From positions 6,262,001-6,326,000 of the forward strand of contig CP110439.1 of assembly GCA_026914245.1 (NCBI GenBank): 64,000 nucleotides of DNA, written 5' to 3'. Below are positions 61,519 through 64,000 of this stretch, in pieces. This DNA is from Puccinia triticina. Its lineage: Eukaryota. The position numbers were made by a program, and so were the translations under genes. The stretch's first letter is position 1, and each line of letters opens with the position of its first letter. A model generated the notes under the pieces. It did not search any database, had not been told where the DNA came from, and saw only the letters and a program-made list of their open reading frames with translations.

Positions 61519-61980
61519 ATGACCCACTGTACAACTGATGTGAACATTGATCCGCTTCAACATCTTTTCCCAGAAATGACAGCCGATTTGAACAAGCGCA
61601 AAGATGAGCAGAAAATAGAGAAGGCTGAGTTCAAGAATGGGGGACCCCAACATTCTACAGAGCCTATCTGTGCCCACAACCCATCAGACAAAGAAATGGA
61701 CGCAGCCATCTCTGTTGTTACAGATCCCACAAAGTTTTGCCTCTACAATCATGGGCATGTTTGCGTATTTAAAAATAAGCTCACTAAAGATAAACAAAAA
61801 CTCAAGGTGGCTGACATAGTGCTCACTGATCTCGAGAATATGTCTGAGGAAAAGCACTGTGATTTGGATTTCTTTCTAGCCTTTCTGGAGAGGTCTAAGA
61901 TGTTTGTCTATGCTGTTGGATTGGAATCATGATCTTGTGGCGGATTTATGTGGGCCATTGGTTGGCACAAATCTTCTTGG
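61519..61980 (+). pseudogene. Probable Tet/JBP-like 2OG-Fe(II) dioxygenase gene fragment
   Basis: KVADIVLTDLENMSEEK...FLERSKMFVYAVGLES*SCGGFMWAIGWHKS resembles the recalled GG.MWAIGWRK motif of rust Tet-like oxygenases; truncated before the catalytic residues. Confidence 0.55.
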
Positions 61981-62064
61981 TATCATGAGTGGGCTTGAGC
62001 TTGATGTACTATTTGAAAGAATTGACCAAAGATTCTGCAAGCAAGTGTAATTTGCCAAAGCCCT

Positions 62065-64000
62065 TGTAATACACACTCTGTAATAGGAGTGTGCCAAAGA
62101 CACTCTGTGATAGGAGTGTGCCAAAGCACACTCCGTTCTAGGAGTGTGCCAAAGCACACTCCGTAGTAGGAGTGTGCCAAAGCACACTCCGTTCTAGGAG
62201 TGTGCCAAAGCACACTCCGTAGTAGGAGTGTGCCAAAGCACACTCCGTTCTAGGAGTGTGCCAAAGCACACTCCGTAGTAGGAGTGTGCCAAAGCACACT
62301 CCGTAGTAGGAGTGTGCCAAAGCACACTCCGTTCTAGGAGTGTGCCAAAGCACACTCCGTAGTAGGAGTGTGCCAAAGCACACTCCGTTCTAGGAGTGTG
62401 CCAAAGCACACTCCGTTCTAGGAGTGTGCCAAAGCACACTCCGTAGTAGGAGTGTGCCAAAGCACACTCCGTAGTAGGAGTGTGCCAAAGCACACTCCGT
62501 TCTAGGAGTGTGCCAAAGCACACTCCGTAGTAGGAGTGTGCCAAAGCACACTCCGTTCTAGGAGTGTGCCAAAGCACACTCCGTAGTAGGAGTGTGCCAA
62601 AGCACACTCCGTTCTAGGAGTGTGCCAAAGCACACTCCATAGTAGGAGTGTGCCAAAGCACACTCCGTTCTAGGAGTGTGCCAAAGCACACTCCATAGTA
62701 GGAGTGTGCCAAAGCACACTCCATAATACGGAGTGTGCCAAAGCACACTCCATAATACGGAGTGTGCCAAAGCACACTCCATAACAGGCCCTCACTTGTA
62801 ACTCATGCAGAAATTTAGATACAGAAATTATAGTAGAAATTACTCATCACCTATTGCTCATTGATACCATTGCAGTTGCTCCTGAACCCATTGACATTGC
62901 TTTCCTCTCTTCCATCACTGCTCCAACCCTCTCACCCTCATTAGTCAGTAGTCAGCTCATAGTACTAGCTCCTAAGATCAAGTAGAAATCAGCCACACCT
63001 TTTCTTCTTTTTCTTAGTTTTACTCTCATCCCCTCAGCATTAGTCAGGAAGGCAGCTTCATCAGCACCCTTGCATAGCTTACATTAGTACTAGTATTGCT
63101 ACCCATTTCCCTTCCAAGCTCTATTCTCACCTTTGAGTAGTTCCACAAGTGGTGTCCCAACAGTGGCCTTTCTATACCTCAGATATCTTCAGCCCTAGTA
63201 ACACTTTTAACAGCAGCTACATACTTCTCATACCCTTCCTTTATAAAACAAACTCCTGCTTTTAGAATCTATTTCAACAATCAGTAACACTATCAGCACA
63301 TCTATTATCAAACTTCAACACCTTCAGACCTAAACTTCAACTTGCCTATTTCAACTATGTCTGCCCAAAGAAGCCCCAGTACCAATATTGCCCCCAGTCT
63401 TTACCCTCCAGTGGATCCTTCCAGTAATTCTGCAAACCAGGACCCCATCCCTTTCAATGTTGGCCAGACTCAAGATACTTCCACTGCTCCAGGTCCTCAG
63501 GCTTCTTCCACTGGTCCAGGTCCTCAAGTTACTTCCACTACTTCCAAGCCCCAAGTTTCTTCCACAGCTCCAAGGCCTCAGGCTTCTTAAAGTGCACCTA
63601 GTTTTACTGGATACAGGGACAACAATCAGCAATCAGATGATTCAGAGGATTTAGGCATTCCAATCCGCTTTCCCAGATATCAGCGCCAAAGGGATCACTC
63701 TACACACTCTACCAAATCTATGACTCACTTTTTGAACAGAGAACCAGCTATGCCTAGATACCAGGACCCCATGAGCAGAGGAGTCAAAATTAAACCTATG
63801 GACAAGGAGCTCTTCTTTGATGGCACCAACATGCCTGTGGAGACGTTTATCAGAAGGTATGAAAGTGCTGGAAGAGATGACGGTGCTAACTCTAGGGAAC
63901 TGGCTGGCCAAATTATTGCTTTTATCAAAGGAATGGACCTTAAGGATGAATTGGAAGAAATGTCAGGCCATGAAAACTTGCATTGGGAAACTTTGAAGAA
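62065..64000 (+). mobile_element. 5' part of an LTR retrotransposon, probably Gypsy-like (LTR about 62065-63147, PBS about 63150, gag from 63357)
   Basis: TGTAA...CCACA followed by AG-TGGTGTCCC (PBS-like); gag-like frame with ELFFDGTNMPVETFIRRYESAG...WETLK and one stop at 63588; LTR start inferred because the 3' LTR is outside the window. Confidence 0.7.
62086..62780. repeat. 28-bp minisatellite of palindromic units (25 units)
   Basis: GGAGTGTGC-CAAA-GCACACTCC plus linker GTTCTA, GTAGTA, ATAGTA or ATAATAC; first unit degenerate. Confidence 0.97.

Noticed and set aside
62086..62780. CRISPR array
   Set aside because: Linkers are only 6-7 nt and recur rather than being unique spacers; no cas genes; eukaryotic context.

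Overview
Eukaryotic, intron-rich DNA; gene families and transposon types point to a rust fungus (Pucciniales, Puccinia-like; inference). Host genes: two tandem paralogues of a large secreted protein (partial copy at 1-1229, full copy at 13.4-16.7 kb), an NDUFAF6-like gene head-to-head with a single-pass membrane protein gene, two thaumatin-like protein paralogues, an F-box-like gene with a premature stop, a small Cys-rich FxC-motif effector candidate and dCMP deaminase. The rest is nested mobile DNA: hAT-, Mutator- and Tc1-type MITEs with target-site duplications (TSDs), several solo LTRs, a two-gene Tc1/IS630 element holding a second Tc1, a solo LTR and a full-length Harbinger, a MULE with an OTU-like domain, and the 5' end of an LTR retroelement. 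There are also decayed fragments of cullin, IQ-domain and Tet-like dioxygenase genes. Most notable: (i) two unrelated miniature LTR elements whose LTRs are built around a tRNA-like Pol III unit, one a 3-LTR tandem TRIM with an apparent half-tRNA-Tyr primer site; (ii) a 25-unit hairpin array with two interspersed linker types inside an LTR; (iii) a consistent TCG>TTG hypermutation signature in the transposases. Exon boundaries and family calls were made by eye from recalled motifs, without database searches.
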